Origin: Sphyrna mokarran
Taxonomy: Eukaryota
Assembly (NCBI GenBank): GCA_024679065.1
Contig: JAGIQG010000001.1
Location: forward strand, 108,748,001-108,812,000
Direction of reading: 5' to 3'
Length of the DNA: 64,000 nt
Shown here: one piece after another, positions 1 through 13,796 of the stretch
Numbering within the stretch: position 1 is the first letter of the stretch
Layout: the number at the start of each line of letters is the position of its first letter
The notes under the pieces: generated by a model
What the model was told of the DNA's origin: nothing
What the model saw: only the letters and a program-made list of their open reading frames with translations
Databases searched by the model: none
Translations under genes and position numbers: made by a program

Positions 1-244
1 TGCCGCTGAATCATTCATGGATGATGTGGCAAGAACCCCCATTTCAGAGAAATTCGGGGCTCTAAACATTTTAGCTCATGTTGGAACTGCAGAATGGTTT
101 TATTTCTGGGTGAATTGTCAATTTGCTTCTGTTTTCATTGCCAATTTTTAAGAAAATGTTGCAAGTATGCAGGGCTTTTTATAAAAAAAAGCACCGCTTG
201 TCTTTAATAATTCTCATTGATTTTCTGTATTGTGGCAGTTGTAG

Positions 245-400
<156 letters not shown>

Positions 401-1762
401 TGACCTCTATCCATAGATTCCTGACAGTATCAGCTGAACTTTCCACAAAAATGGGTATTTTAAAATGCAACTAAACATGCCTGTGTTGTATTTTGGGAGA
501 ATCTGTTCTCTTGTTTCACATTACCTAATAATGCAATTACTTTGGTAAATGAAAAATCACCAATAATATTTATGGCTCAAATGAGTATTTATAAAATGTT
601 AATTCTTTGATTATTTGATAACTTTTCACTCAGGCATCATAATACACTGTCAATCTTGTGACCATTAGTCGGGATCTAACATGATGCCTCTTGGCATAAA
701 GAACAATAAAATAGCCATCGCACAGATTCACTCACCTTACTTCACCATTGTTCCAAATAATAAAACTAATCATCAGCAGGAAACTTGAGGATTACCAATA
801 AGGTAATTTAACAAATAACAGCTAATATAGATTTAACTTTTTTCAGGAAATCATACCAAAATGGACCATGGAAAGCTTTAAGTCTGTGGTAACATATTGA
901 AGTTGTGGTCGTATTAGGCAGCAGTACAAAATAGGTGTTTCTAATTGGTCACCACTTTACACCCTGTTTGATTTTCATTTGTACTGATTACAAAACTGCT
1001 TGGTGTAAAACAGGCTGCTGGTTGGACTATTGCATGCTTTCCCTAAGATGAATTTCAACCCTTCAACTCCCAAAAAAAGCTTTTGACAAAGTCCCTGGAA
1101 AGAATTTAAAGAAGTGAAATTCAAAGTAAATCTTGCAAATTATTATTTTTTAATTAGCTGAATGGAGGAAAATAGTGTGTCATTGATCTTAATTTTATAA
1201 GGCCTTTTAGTCCCTTTCCTTAGCTTAGTAGTGGTGGTGGTGGTGGGGGAGGGGGGCAGCCTGCTGATGATCCTGACCATTGCCTTGCAGTGATTTAATT
1301 CTGGGAGCAGTGTTAATTGCTTTAAAGTGAGTCTTCCGTTCCTAACTCAGTTGGAAGCCCCACCTTAGAGAACTGAGAGAAACTATGTACAACCAGCAAT
1401 AACATACAGAAATGATGCCCATTGCTGGGACAATAGAAAGTACCTCTATATTGAGGAGCTCAGGTAAGTCTAGCATGGGGTCTCAGTAATGGGTAGGGGC
1501 TTTGTTCAAGAGTCCAGGCTGGAGGGTTATGAGTGGGGATAACCTGGTGGGGGAGAGCCTCCAAGGACCCAAGAGACCTATATAGATGCCTGTTCCCACT
1601 TTTGTCCAATAACAGCCCATGCAGTTAAAGCTGTTGGGTTTTCCATAATGTATGGACCTTCCCTACCAAAATCCTGGTGACCTCAATAAGCCCAAGTGCA
1701 AGCAAGCCACCCGAAACCTATCCAACCCTGCCTCCTTATAAAATTTCAAACTAATTAGGGCC

Positions 1763-2685
1763 AATAAATGACCTAGATGAGAGTGTAGAAGGATGGGTTA
1801 ATATATTTGCTGACGACACCAAAGTCGGAGGAGTTATAGAGAGTGAGGATGGATGTTACAATTTGCAGAGGGACATAGATAAGCTGCAGAGCTGGGCTAA
1901 GAGGTGGCAAATGGAGTTTAATGCGGAAAAGTGTGAGGTGATTCACTTTGGAAAGAGTAACAGGACTTCAGAATATAGGGCTAATGGAAAGACTCTTGGT
2001 AGTGTTGATGAGCAGAGAGATCTCAGTGTACATGTGCATAGATCCCTGAAAGTTGGCACCCAGGTTGATAAAGTTGTTAAGAAGGCATATGGTGTGTTAG
2101 CTTTTATGGTAGAGGCATTGAATTTTGCAGCCGTGAGATTATGTTGCAATTGTACAAAACTCTGGTGTGGCCTCACTTGAGTTTTGTGTACAGTTCTGGT
2201 CGTCGCATTATAGGAAGGATGTGGAAGCATTGGAAAGGATGCAGAGGAGGTTTACCGGGATGTTGCCTTATAAGGTGGGAAGTCTTATGAGGAAAGGCTG
2301 GGGGACTTGAGGTTGTTTTTGTTAGAGAGAAAAAGGTTAAGAGGTGATCTAATTGAGGCATACAAGATGATCAGAGGGTTAGATAGGGTGGACAATGAGA
2401 GCCTTTTTCCTCAGATGGTAATGGCTAACATGAGGGGACATAATTTTAAATTGAGGGGTGGTAATTATAGGACGGATGTCAGAGGTAGATTCTTTACTCA
2501 GAGGATAATAAAGGTGTGGAATGCCCTGCCTGCAGCAGTTGTGGACTCGCGTTCAAATGGTCAGTGGATAGGCATATGGATAACATTGGAATTGTTTAGG
2601 TTAGAGGGTCATTAGATTCGTTCCACTGGTCGACGCAACATCGAGGGCCTATAGTGCACTGTAATGCTCTATGCTCTATGTTCTA
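1763..2685 (+). mobile_element. 5'-truncated CR1 LINE (RT C-terminus and 3' tail), relatively young
   Basis: NDLDESVEGWVNIFADDTKVGG, WQMEFNAEKCEVIHFG and RLRGDLIEAYK across frameshifts; ends in an (ATGYTCT)n tail. Confidence 0.93.
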
Positions 2686-2984
2686 ATAGGCTGTGGGCAA
2701 GCTGCCAATGGATTTTTTTTTTTTAACCCTTACCTCCCTGCCTTTCAACCTGCTAGCCCAGGAATGTAAAATTCAATTCATTGTCACAAGAGTTATGTTA
2801 GAGTGGGAAAAAAACAGAAGCTCAATGCAAAGCTTTGTAACTTATCTCAAACTGCCACAGAACATGGAAATACCGCTCAGACATTGCAAAATGAGTTGGA
2901 TAAAATATTTAAATGAACAGAACAATAGCCAGTGAGCTTTAATGCAAGCAAGAATAAAATAAAGCACATCAGGAAGGGTATTGA

Positions 2985-3140
2985 AATAGAAACATAGAAA
3001 AATTACAGCACAATATAGGCCCTTCGGCCCACAAAGTTGTGTGCTGAACATGTCCTCACCTTAGAGATTACTAGGCTTACCTATAACCCTCTATCTTACT
3101 AAGTTCCAAGTGTATATCTAAAAGTCTCTTAAAAGACTTA
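2985..3140 (-). mobile_element. CR1 3'-end fragment
   Basis: atagaaacatagaaaaattacagcacaatataggcccttcggccc is the reverse complement of the CR1 tail. Confidence 0.7.
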
Positions 3141-3231
3141 ATAGTTAAATAATAACTATTTATAGTTATTATTAATAGTTAAAGACTTAATCAAGTTAGT
3201 AGATATGGCATCCAACAGTAAGCAACACTAC

Positions 3232-4041
3232 AAAAATAGAATTCTTAACTATTATGGCTAAACAACAGAGTCCAAATCAAAGGTAATCAGGGTCAAACTG
3301 TTTGGCATTCTAATCAGACCACACTTCTAGGTACAAAGTCCACTTGAACTCAGATGTTTAAACATTAAGGCGATGCAGCAAGGGTGTATAAAGCTGATCT
3401 AGGTCAAAACTTAAAGAGACACTGATAAAACTTTGGCATTTCTAGCTTGAAATTCTATAACTAAATGGTGGTCTTATAGAGATATATCAGACAGTAAATG
3501 CTACAGAAAATGTATGTTAAAATAATTATCAAACCAATAGTGAGAGCAGGACAAGAGTCACATGTTTAAATTCTGAAAGGCAAATTTAAAACTGACATCA
3601 GAATATTCATATGGGATGATATATATTGCAAACCCTCAAGAGTTTGGGGAACTATTTAATAATCAATTGGATGCTGGAATGGAAGACTTTAGAGTCTTCT
3701 TAGGTGAATGAACAGGAACTTCTACATCTGAAATAATGTGTTCCCTCATAACCATCCCTCAGAATGTGTGTGATGTTTAATTGATTAGGAACTCAGTGAC
3801 ATCATTGCACCAAAAATAAATACATTTTTATAAAGAAATAATCTTGAAAATGTTTGAGGGTTTGCTGTATCAGATCAGCTTTATACCTCTTTGCTGCATC
3901 GCCTTAATGTTTGAGCATCTGAGCACAACCAGACTTTGTACTTAGAAGTGTGGTCTGATCAGAATGCCAAACAGTTTGACCCTGATTACTTTTGATATGG
4001 ACTCTATTGTTTTAGCCATAGTAGTTGAGAATTCTGTTTTG
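3232..4041. repeat. Long inverted duplication: arms ~3232-3400 and ~3872-4041, spacer ~470 bp
   Basis: gtaatcagggtcaaactgtttggcattct (left) is the reverse complement of agaatgccaaacagtttgaccctgattac (right); aaacattaaggcgatgcagcaa pairs with ttgctgcatcgccttaatgttt. Confidence 0.9.
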
Positions 4042-4295
4042 TTTTTCTGCTGCTTTGTGGCTGTAACTTACCTGGTCAAAAAAATTGTGATTTAAATGGG
4101 TTACATTATTATATAAAGAGCACTATCCCAGCACTTATACTAAATCTAATACACTATCATAACAAATAAATTGAATTTACTCTGATTTGTATAATTATTG
4201 TCCTTTTTCAAAGAGTCATCCACAGCAGATCAGCTGTATCATCAGAAACAAAACTGTCACAAAAATATCTGAACATGTCGAAAAGGGTTAAATTA

Positions 4296-4595
4296 TCATA
4301 AAATCACTACTGTACAGAAGGAGACTATTCAGCCCATGGAGCCTGCACTGACAACAATCCCACCTATCCCCATAACCCCATACATTTACCCTGCTAGTCC
4401 CCCGACACTAAGTGGCAATTTAGCACGTCTAACCTGCACATCTTTGGACTGTGGGAGGAAATCGGAGCACCCGGAGGAAATCCACACAGACAGAGGGAAA
4501 ACATGCAAATTCCATACAGATAGTGACCTGAGGCTAGAATTGAACCTGGGGCTTTTGCGGTGTGAGGCAGCAGTGCTAACCACCGTGCTGCCCCC
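4296..4595 (-). mobile_element. HE1-like tRNA-derived V-SINE with CR1-type tail
   Basis: Reverse complement begins gggcagcacggtggttagcactgctgcctcac, followed by a B-box-like ggttcaattc and the V-SINE-like core. Confidence 0.88.
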
Positions 4596-5589
4596 GCATT
4601 GCATAGACTAAGCTTGTATGCCTTTGAGTTTAGGAGGTTTATGGTGATCTAAGCTAGCTGTTTAAGATGGTGAAAGAATCTGATGGCAGCATTATTTGGA
4701 TATAGGGAAACAATTATTTTGGTGTAAGGGTCGAAGATTACAATTAGGGGCACACTGTTCAGAGGTGATAAACAGAAGCTCTTCCTTACACAAAGATTAG
4801 AGGGAATTTCAAACATTTTCCCCAACAAACTGTTGAGTCTAAACTGAAATTTTCAAAATAGAGATAAATTAATTTTTGTTACCCACTGATTATTGAAGGT
4901 TTGAGAACCAAGGTGATAGAACAAACTAAGGCAGGTAGAACAAATACACAGATTGGCTATAATTTGATGGAATGGAGAGCTTGCAAAAGTGAATGGCCTT
5001 GCTCCAGTTGCTATTTTCCGAACGAATAAATAACTCTTGAAATTTTCTTTTTAAACATTGGAATATCAGAGAACATGTAGATTCCAGAACTTCTACTACA
5101 GATACAGCTCAGAGAAAGCTCATGTCCATTCTTATCAGGACACAAAAAAAAGCTTATGTTCATTCTTATCAGGACACAGATGGAGGTGGATGTCAGTGCT
5201 TTGAATTCTGTTCACATAACAGAATGATTTATCAAAACTTAGATGCTGGAATAAATATAATGCAAGGTAATTGTTTTCTCAATCCAATTTACTGAATCCT
5301 CTTGTGTCAGCATTCTGTCAGCCATCTGTACTCATTTTTCAATGCACTTGTGATGATATGTATCAAAATACAATAGTGTGGCTGATTTGAGGCTCTGGAA
5401 TTCAGTTATCAAGTAATGCTGCCTGTCTATTCAGATTGACATGGACTGTTTCTTTGCTCTGTCGTTATAAGTTACATTTTTGAGCTTCATCTAACTTATT
5501 CTTGGCTCTGATCATAATTCAAACAAATGCCACAGACAAAACCTGACAGCTTTTTTTTACTGCTCTTAGACATGCAAGTGTTAGTTTTC

Positions 5590-6880
5590 ATTTGAATGAA
5601 GCAAGTCATAGATATTTTGGGTGCTTTCTCATCTATCCAATCATAGCCAGAGAACTACCGTCAATGGCTTCTCTCATCACTATCACACCAGTAACTCTGG
5701 TGTCACCCAAGAATCTACCCTTGGGCCCCTTCTTGTTTCTCATCTATATGCTGCCCATTGACAGTTTCATCTGAAAACACAATATTAGATTCCATAGATA
5801 CATTGGTGACACACACCTCAATCTACTTTACTACCACCGTCTCTCTCAATTCCTACAGTCACTGTTTGATACGTAGTCTGAGCAGAAATAATCTTTTAAT
5901 CAAATATTGGGAAGACTGAAACAATTATCAGCAGATCCTGCGGTCAAATCTGATCCCTAACCATTGATTCCGTGGCCATCTATAAAAACCTACAGTGCAG
6001 GAGGAGGTCGTTTGCCCCATTAAATCTGCATGGACCATGCCCTTTCCCGTAACTTCATGCATTTACCCTAGCTAGTTCCCCTGACACTAAGGGACAATTG
6101 AGTGTCACCTAACCCGCACGTCTTTTGGACTGAGAGGAAATCGAAGCACCCGGAGGAAATCCATGCAGACTTGTGGAGAATATGCAAACTCTACACAGAC
6201 AGTGATTCAAGCTGGGAATCGAAGCCGTGTCCCTGGCGCTATAAGGCAGCAGTGCTAGCCACTGTGCCAAACCACACTGTTTACATATCATTACCAGGAT
6301 ACAGCTTTTGACCTCATATGCTTTTCATCACCAAGACTATGAATTTTCACCTCCACATATTGCCTGTCTGTGCCTCTGCCTTAGCCCATCTGCTACTAAA
6401 ATCCTCATCCGGCACTTTGTTTTCTCCAGGTGTGATTATTCCACTACCATTTTGGTCAGCTTTATCTTACATCCTCTATGAACTTAATTTCATCCAAGAT
6501 TCTGATGTCTCTGTTTTGTCTCACATCAGGTCCTACTCACCCATCACCCTGTGCTCTCTTGCCTACTTTGGTTTTTAATTCAACAACATCTCAAATTTAA
6601 AATATGTTCAAGTCCCTCCATGTCCTCAAATCTCTATATGCCTATGAGAACTCAAGTTTTTCCAATTCTGGACACTTGTGTATCCCATTTCCTCAACTCT
6701 AATTCACAGCTGCGCCTTCAGCTGTTTATGCCCAAAACTTCAATTTTTTTCTCCTTAATCTTTCCACTCATGACCTCGTTCCTCCATCAAATCACCCATT
6801 AAAACTTACCAAGTTCTTGGTCACTTGCTTCTATCTCCTGATGAGCATTAACTCTCCTCTGAAGCATTTTGGGATGTTTT
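5590..6880 (+). mobile_element. Old L2-like LINE remnant interrupted by a SINE
   Basis: Decayed RT motifs (ggtgtcacccaagaatct; LGPFLFLIYMLP; YADDT-like at ~5798-5815); resumes after ~6300. Confidence 0.6.
5978..6275 (-). mobile_element. HE1-like SINE
   Basis: Same family core (gcacccggaggaaatccatgcagac...ggcagcagtgctagccactgtgcca). Confidence 0.85.
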
Positions 6881-6934
6881 AAGCCTTAATGAAAATTATT
6901 CTTGTTGCATTCAATGCACATTTCACAGATGTCA

Positions 6935-7545
6935 TTGCAGAAAATATAAAGAGAAAATGCTGGAAAATCTCAACCTATCTGGCAGCATTTATGTTTTGTG
7001 TCTTTGTGACTCCCCTTTAGAGTTAGAGTGGACAAAATGTGATGTCATGTTCTTTAAAAAGGTGTAGAGAAAAATGGAAAGTCAGGGATGAGTGGAAAAA
7101 TAAAAATTGGTGAACAAAGATGTCGTGGGCACACAACAAAGGGAGCGTTAATGATGGTGTTAATGACTAAAGTAGGTGCTAATAGTGGCACAAAGATAAG
7201 ATCCCAGAATATGTTAATAGCATAACAAGAGTGAGCACTTTGTGAAAGCAAAAATTAAGAATAAGTGACAGATGGCTCAGTGGGGCAGGGGGGTGATTGG
7301 GACAAAAGAAATTGTATTAAAAATGGTGGTTCTATGTGCAGCAGAGAATTCATGGTCTGAAAATCTTGAACTCGATGTTAAGTCCAGAATTCTGTAAAGT
7401 GCCTAATTGGAACATGAGGTGCTGCTCCTTCAGTTTGTGTTGGGTTTTGTTGGAAAATTGCAGCAGGCCATGTATGGACATGTGAGTAGAACATAAGATG
7501 GTGAGTTGAAATGGCAAGCCACAAGAAGGTTGAGGTCGTGTTTGT
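6935..7545 (-). mobile_element. Penelope-like element 3' remnant (GIY-YIG C-terminus and terminal repeat)
   Basis: Minus strand ~7360-7470 reads GLLQFSNKTQHKLKEQHLMFQLGTLQNSGLNIEF, resembling the Penelope EQHLIFRLGTLQP-GLN end; a related fragment lies at ~15935-16010. Confidence 0.65.
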
Positions 7546-8301
7546 GGTATTTTGCTTTCATATCATTGCAAAAAATACTGGAATTGCATAACCGATCATT
7601 TGGCATCTGAGAAGATTTATTTATGTCATTTTGTAGACTCGCATAACCTCATCACGCTTTGAAGTTTCCATGAACCCTAGAATTCTGTGGCACTTCAAGA
7701 AAAATCTCTGCAGCAAGCAAATGTCATTTGATGTCATTGCAATCACGGTGTACTTTATTTCAATGCTGGATTTAAATGGTTTGAACTTGGGGCTGCAGTT
7801 ACAAAAGGTTGTGCAGTTTATACTATGTAAAATGCTGGATTTAGCCCACCTTGGTTTCAAAATGCAGTATTACAGTTGTACAGAATTAGCTGCCAATTAA
7901 CACTGGTTATTTAACCTAGGCAGAAGCAAATGAATAAGATAGCTAGACATACAATGAACAGTGCAACAGTTAAATGCTGCATTTGAAACCCAATGCTGAA
8001 TGAAGCAATTTATACAGCCTATTAAAAAATATATCTGATATAGCAATGCCTGGTATACTGCATGACTTTCAACTGACAGGGAAAACACTAACTGCCATTG
8101 ATTTAGTTTTAATTAATCCACCATTTTGCACTTTATCTAGTAAATTGGATTTGAAGATTCTACAAAAGTAGTTGGATATAAATGAGCCCAGGAATTTTGC
8201 ATCCTGCTTGTTATACTCATGACTGCATAGTAAAGAGTTTCAAGGCTGCATCATAATGAAGATCAGAAAGTGGATGCCAGTTGCTATCATGTAATAGAAT
8301 C

Positions 8302-8619
8302 TCACTCGCACCGAGCTCATCGACAGATGTGGAATCACTCACACCGAGCTCATCGACAGATGTGGAATCACTCGCACTGAGCTCATTGACAGATGTGGAA
8401 TCACTCGCACCGAGCTCTTCGACAGATGTGGAATCACTCGCACCGAGCTCATCGACAGATGTGCAATCACTCACACCGAGCTCAATGACAGATGTGGAAT
8501 CACTCGCACACACTGAGCTCATCGACAGATGTGGAATCACTCACACATACCAAACTCATTGACAGATGTGGAATCACTCACACACATCGAGCTCATTAAC
8601 AGATATGGAATTACTCACA
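8302..8619. repeat. 33-bp minisatellite, ~9 copies (TCACTCGCACCGAGCTCATCGACAGATGTGGAA)
   Basis: Six 33-bp head-to-tail units, then three 37-bp units (extra CACA); no unique spacers. Confidence 0.95.
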
Positions 8620-10296
8620 TGCTTGTACTCAATGCTACATCTAATGAAAGCGAGCATGCCTTATTTATGCCTTATTTATCACCTTGGCCCACTGTGTTAC
8701 TACTTTAAGAGATCTGTGGACCTGCATATCCAGATCCTTCTGTACGTTAATGTTTCTAAGGGTACTGCCATTTACAGCTTACATTTTATAATGTTCTCAT
8801 CTTTGGTTCAAAGTGGATCTTGGAGTATAAATCAATAAAAAGTTCATTGCAAGTCAATCAGGTCATAACAAAACCATTGGGCTTTCTTTCCAAAGGAATA
8901 AAACTGCATCTAGAGAAATTATGCCAAATATCAGTCAAACCCATGTAAGTGTGTGCAGTTCTGGACACCATGTTATAAAATGGATGTCAAGACACTGGGG
9001 AAAGGAAAGCAAAACTTCCTAAGGTGATACCAAAACTGCAAGTCTATATTCATTGGGAAAGAATGAACAGGTGAAATCTTTTATCATTTGAAAAGAGGAA
9101 TCCAAGGAATGGGAATGAATGGGATAGGGGGTTATAGGTAGGTCTGTGGATTGGTAGATATAGATATGATCAGCGCAACTTGTGGGCCGAAAGGCCTGTT
9201 TGTGCTGTAGTGTTCTATGTTTCTATGAATGACTTCTTGGAGGCTTTTAGATTTTGCAAGATTTTCGCAGACTTAACACAATGGGAATATTTCCACTTCC
9301 AGGAAAGAGCAAACTAAAGGCTATCAATATAAAACTGACACTAAAATTTAAAAAGAGAGTTTAGAAGAACTTTTTACTCAGAATGTAATGAAAATGTAGA
9401 GCAGAGGAGGTAGAATTTTACGCTCCTCCCAACAGGTGGGGGTGGAGGAAGGGGGTGTTCTGAGGTTGAGGGGGAGCCTGCTTATCCCAATCCAGATGCA
9501 ACTTCATGTTCCAGGGCCTAATGTGGGGGAGAGGGGTGCGGAAGTGCAGTGGGGAATCCCACCTTTTCACCTGTTTTGTTCTTAAGTGGCTACATAAGGT
9601 TGTTATCCTATCCAACCCCAACTTTTAGGCTGGCAGATTATGTGCGGGGAGGGTGGGAAACGGATATGTTCGCCTGTCCCCATGTCGGGTGGAAAGAAGA
9701 CGAGGGCATCTTGCACTGAATTCCCACCCCCACCTCCACCATCCCTCAGAGTTTGAATGCCATACCTGTCCCCAGGTCCCCCTCCTTGCATGGCTGACCC
9801 CTGATGCTATTTTTCACCCCTGCTCTCAACCCACCAGGATGCCCCTTCTTCCCAAAACCAACCCCCTTTCCATCCCTCTAACCTGTGCTAAAAATGTCTA
9901 CATCTCGTGGAAACCAATTCGAATTGAGAGAGAGTTAGTACTTTTGGCTGAGGAAGCTGCTGAAAGTAAAATAAATCCATGCATCCTCGTTCAATTCTAG
10001 TGGGAAATCACGGGACATTCTGACATGACATTAAAATGTGATGTCTGCACCTAAAAGAATTTGGCAGTCAACAAGCAAAGGCCATGATTTTCTGAAAAGA
10101 TACAATATAAAAATTGGCCTTTGAGGGATGAATTTATATTGGAATGCAGATGAAATATGAAATGTCAACAGGTGAAATACCTTCTGACTGGTTTCATCCA
10201 AAGTGCTATTTTGAGATTTACTTAAATGTGAGAAACATCTCTATTGAAATAGGTAATTTTATTGTCAAGATCTACATTATAACTCAGTCTACAATT

Positions 10297-10415
10297 CAGA
10301 TGCTGGAAATCTGAAATAAAAATAGGAAATGGTAAATCAACTCAGCAGTCTGGCAGCAACTGTGGAGAGAGGAACAGAATTAATGTTTTGAGTCCATGTA
10401 ACTCTTCTTTGGAGA
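10297..10415 (-). mobile_element. Penelope-related terminal-repeat fragment (family 2)
   Basis: cagatgctggaaatctgaaataaaaa...gtggagagaggaacagaattaatgttttgagtcc; related copies at ~6940-7030, ~32355-32460 (-) and ~51718-51830 (+). Confidence 0.55.
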
Positions 10416-13400
10416 AGAATATGTAGCAGGACAGTGGTACTTAGGCCATCAGATTGTTCTTGGTCATATTAAGCACTGTGAGCATTTTATATGGGGATCC
10501 ATGTACACAGATCAGTAAGATGTTAGGAACAAATAATGACAAAAAAGGCTAATTAAATTCTAAGTGAAATGATATGAATTAGATCTGTACACTCCTGACA
10601 TCGGGGAGGTTAAGAGCTGGGTGATTTGATGGAAATTTTCAGGACTTTGGAAGGAAATGAAAGAGCATCCAAATCATCAGAATCAGGTCATTCAGGAGAA
10701 AACGTTAGACAATACTTCTTCACACAAGGAATGATAAGAGCATTGAACTCTGCCACAGAAAGCAGTAGATGCTGACTTAATTGTTGGTTCAGATTTTGCT
10801 GAATACAGCACTCATCACTATTCATCTCGAGAGAAATTGCACACTAACAAGCTGCAAGGTGCAGAATTCTTCTGAAGTCAATTTGAATTCTGTGACCTCG
10901 ACATGCGACTTTCCTGAACAAGATGAGCAACAGAAAGACTGATCAGCAAATCCTCACAGGATCAAGGGGCTGGGTGAGCTGTTCTGATCTTCCTGAGTAA
11001 ATTAAACAGCTGTTGAAACCTCCTCGAAGATCAATCAAGACTACAGTCACTCTGATGGACAAACATCAGTCAATGCCATTGCTGTATCTGTTATCCATTT
11101 TCCACATGTTAAATGCCCAGCTATTGTTACAATCCCTTGCTTACTGTACATCAATGCTTGTCAGTTTGCCTGATCACAAACATCTACTAATATGCCTTTG
11201 TAGTATTACAATAGGCAGAAAGATATGACACAACCAGCATTAAGCCTATCTGTTACATGAATTCCAAATAAAAGCAACCAGAACCTCCATTTTGATACCT
11301 GCATCAGTCATTTTTAAAGGCAGTCCTTTTGATCTGATTGGTTACAAATTCCACGCCTGCTGAAATGATGCAGTCAGCACCTTGAACCAAAGAGACAAAA
11401 GGTCACATTCAATAATGACTTTAATAAGCATAATTGAAATAATGAACACTCCCACTAGGTACAACATTGTTGAAAGGGCACTATATTCATGATTTTTGTT
11501 CTACAAATCTTTATTCCTGTCTTGTAATATGTCCAATGCATACAAAGGAGGTATGTTTCTATATTTTAATATCATTTAAGTTACTGCTTGCTGATAAGAC
11601 AGTAATATAAATATATATCCAAGTAAACAGTAGAGTTTGTCAAATGTATTTTTCACAAAGCGAATGATGTTCTGTTCAATTCCAAAGGCAGTTTCAGTCA
11701 TCAATTTAGATCTAGTGAAATCAGATTGCTTTCTTCTAGTCAAAGATCAGGTTTGTATATTTCAATAATGTTGTCATGTATTGTGGGAGATTTTATGAGA
11801 TTGTTTTAGACCTTCACTTCAAAAATTAACTTCATGCAAGCAAAGGCTTTTGTTCTTGTGATTATACTTACCAGCTCACTGTATCAAATGGCTTCAATGT
11901 GTAAACCTAGGGGCTGAGTTCAACCCTCAGCAGTGGTGAGAAATGGATGATTCTGGCTTGGTCACCAATATGCACATCCTGCTCAATTTTCTTTCCATTG
12001 AAGCTAATGAAAATCAAAATTGGGAGTGTATGAAGGGCAGCTGATCCGCTAATGTCAGTTTCATGCCCTCTCTTCACATTGTGTTAAAAGTTTAATTGCA
12101 CCTCCTTCATACCATTTTTTTGGCATTGCAAGCTATCACTTGGAGAACAAGCTTCTTTATATGTTATGCATTAATTATTAGGAGGATGAAGCAAGGACTG
12201 TATTCTATTTTTATATGTTTATACCTCTTCTTGGTCAGTGCAACCTCCTCCAGTTCTGCTATCTCATTCCCGATCTCTCTGCTCTAATCTGGCCAATGTT
12301 TGTCCTCACCTTCCTTTCACTTATCATTGGCCACCTAACCAGATCTCATCCTCTGGAATGCCCTCCCTCAATCCTTGATCCCCTGGTTCCTCATATTTAA
12401 CCAAGTTTTGATCAAGTCTGCTCATATCTCCTTCTGTTTCTGCATTGATTTATTTATAAATTCACCTCTTTGAGATGTTTTTCTGCATTAAAGTTATTAT
12501 ATAAATATATATTGTTATTGTTGTAACATACCTGAGAAGACCAAGGTGTGTATACCTTAGTTGTAAAGATGAATTGAATACATGAAAATAGCTCTCATGT
12601 TGGCACACAATTTAATTGGGAGACATCTCATAATTGGGTTTGTTTACCACCATGTAGCTGCCAGGAATACTGAAGATATTTCATCTTTTCTTTAAAAGAA
12701 GACATTTGCAGTATAATGGATTCAAAAGTGCAAACACCTGAGGTGCAGGCAGGCCCAGGTTTTGCTCATGTATTGACCTCTGCCCTAATATTCATCACAA
12801 GTGATGACAAATGTATTGTAAATCCATTTTAACTGCAAGAAACATCTCTTCCAGAAAAGAAGTCCCATAAGACACATCAAAAAAAAAATTAAAACACTGG
12901 ATGTTCTAATTCTTAACTGTGGTAATGTTTGCCCCACTATTCTAGCTGCAGAAAAGGATAAGAGGATTCAGTGTTCAAAGCTCACCTTTTGGAATATGGG
13001 GAAAGTTGAGAGTATAATGCTCAGGGGTCCACAATGTAACTTGTGGACCCTGACTGGATGCATATCCCAAAAAGGAGAAGACATTGCAAAATCATCAAGG
13101 TTATAACATATAGTGTAATATATTACAAAATGTGTTGCCAATTATAAAATATTTCCTTTTCCTATTAATTAATGTTTGTGTATTTTTTTAAATCACAATT
13201 GCTAGTAAACCTTCATGAAACCAGAGGGAATAATTCTTTGGTCAATCTGCATGACTTTAAGAATGTATACATATATCTAAAAAGAAATTGGCTGTAGAAA
13301 TACCTCTAAAACTCTAGAACTAAGAATGTTGTTATTAGAGGTATTTTAACACATTTAAAGCTTAAGCTTGATTTATCTTTGTTCACCTCCTTCATCTTTA

Positions 13401-13422
13401 AGTATAGCTCATCTTCTGGTAA

Positions 13423-13653
<231 letters not shown>

Positions 13654-13796
13654 TAAGTATTAATCTTCAATTGTTTATCAGAACTGAATAAATGAACCAA
13701 AGAAATGATTGAATAGAATCTCTAAACATCTGAATTGAAACTCAAAACCCCCAAACCTACATGTTTTAAAATCTGTTCTCATGAAAGTCAGTTTAC

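Noticed and set aside
4336-4611. Recurrent short ORFs with LDCGRKxEHPEE motifs (also 6102, 21792, 26465, 61193, 62601)
   Set aside because: Translations of HE1-like SINE copies, not a gene family; the SINE heads are tRNA-derived but are not tRNA genes.
5116-5180. 35-bp tandem duplication (also ~19 bp at 16965-17003)
   Set aside because: Ordinary slippage duplications with no sign of function.
8302-8619. CRISPR-like array, or a Ser-rich repeat protein (ORFs 8217-8540 and 8281-8562)
   Set aside because: Units are contiguous with no unique spacers, the context is a vertebrate intron with no cas genes, and the ORFs arise because the unit length is a multiple of 3.
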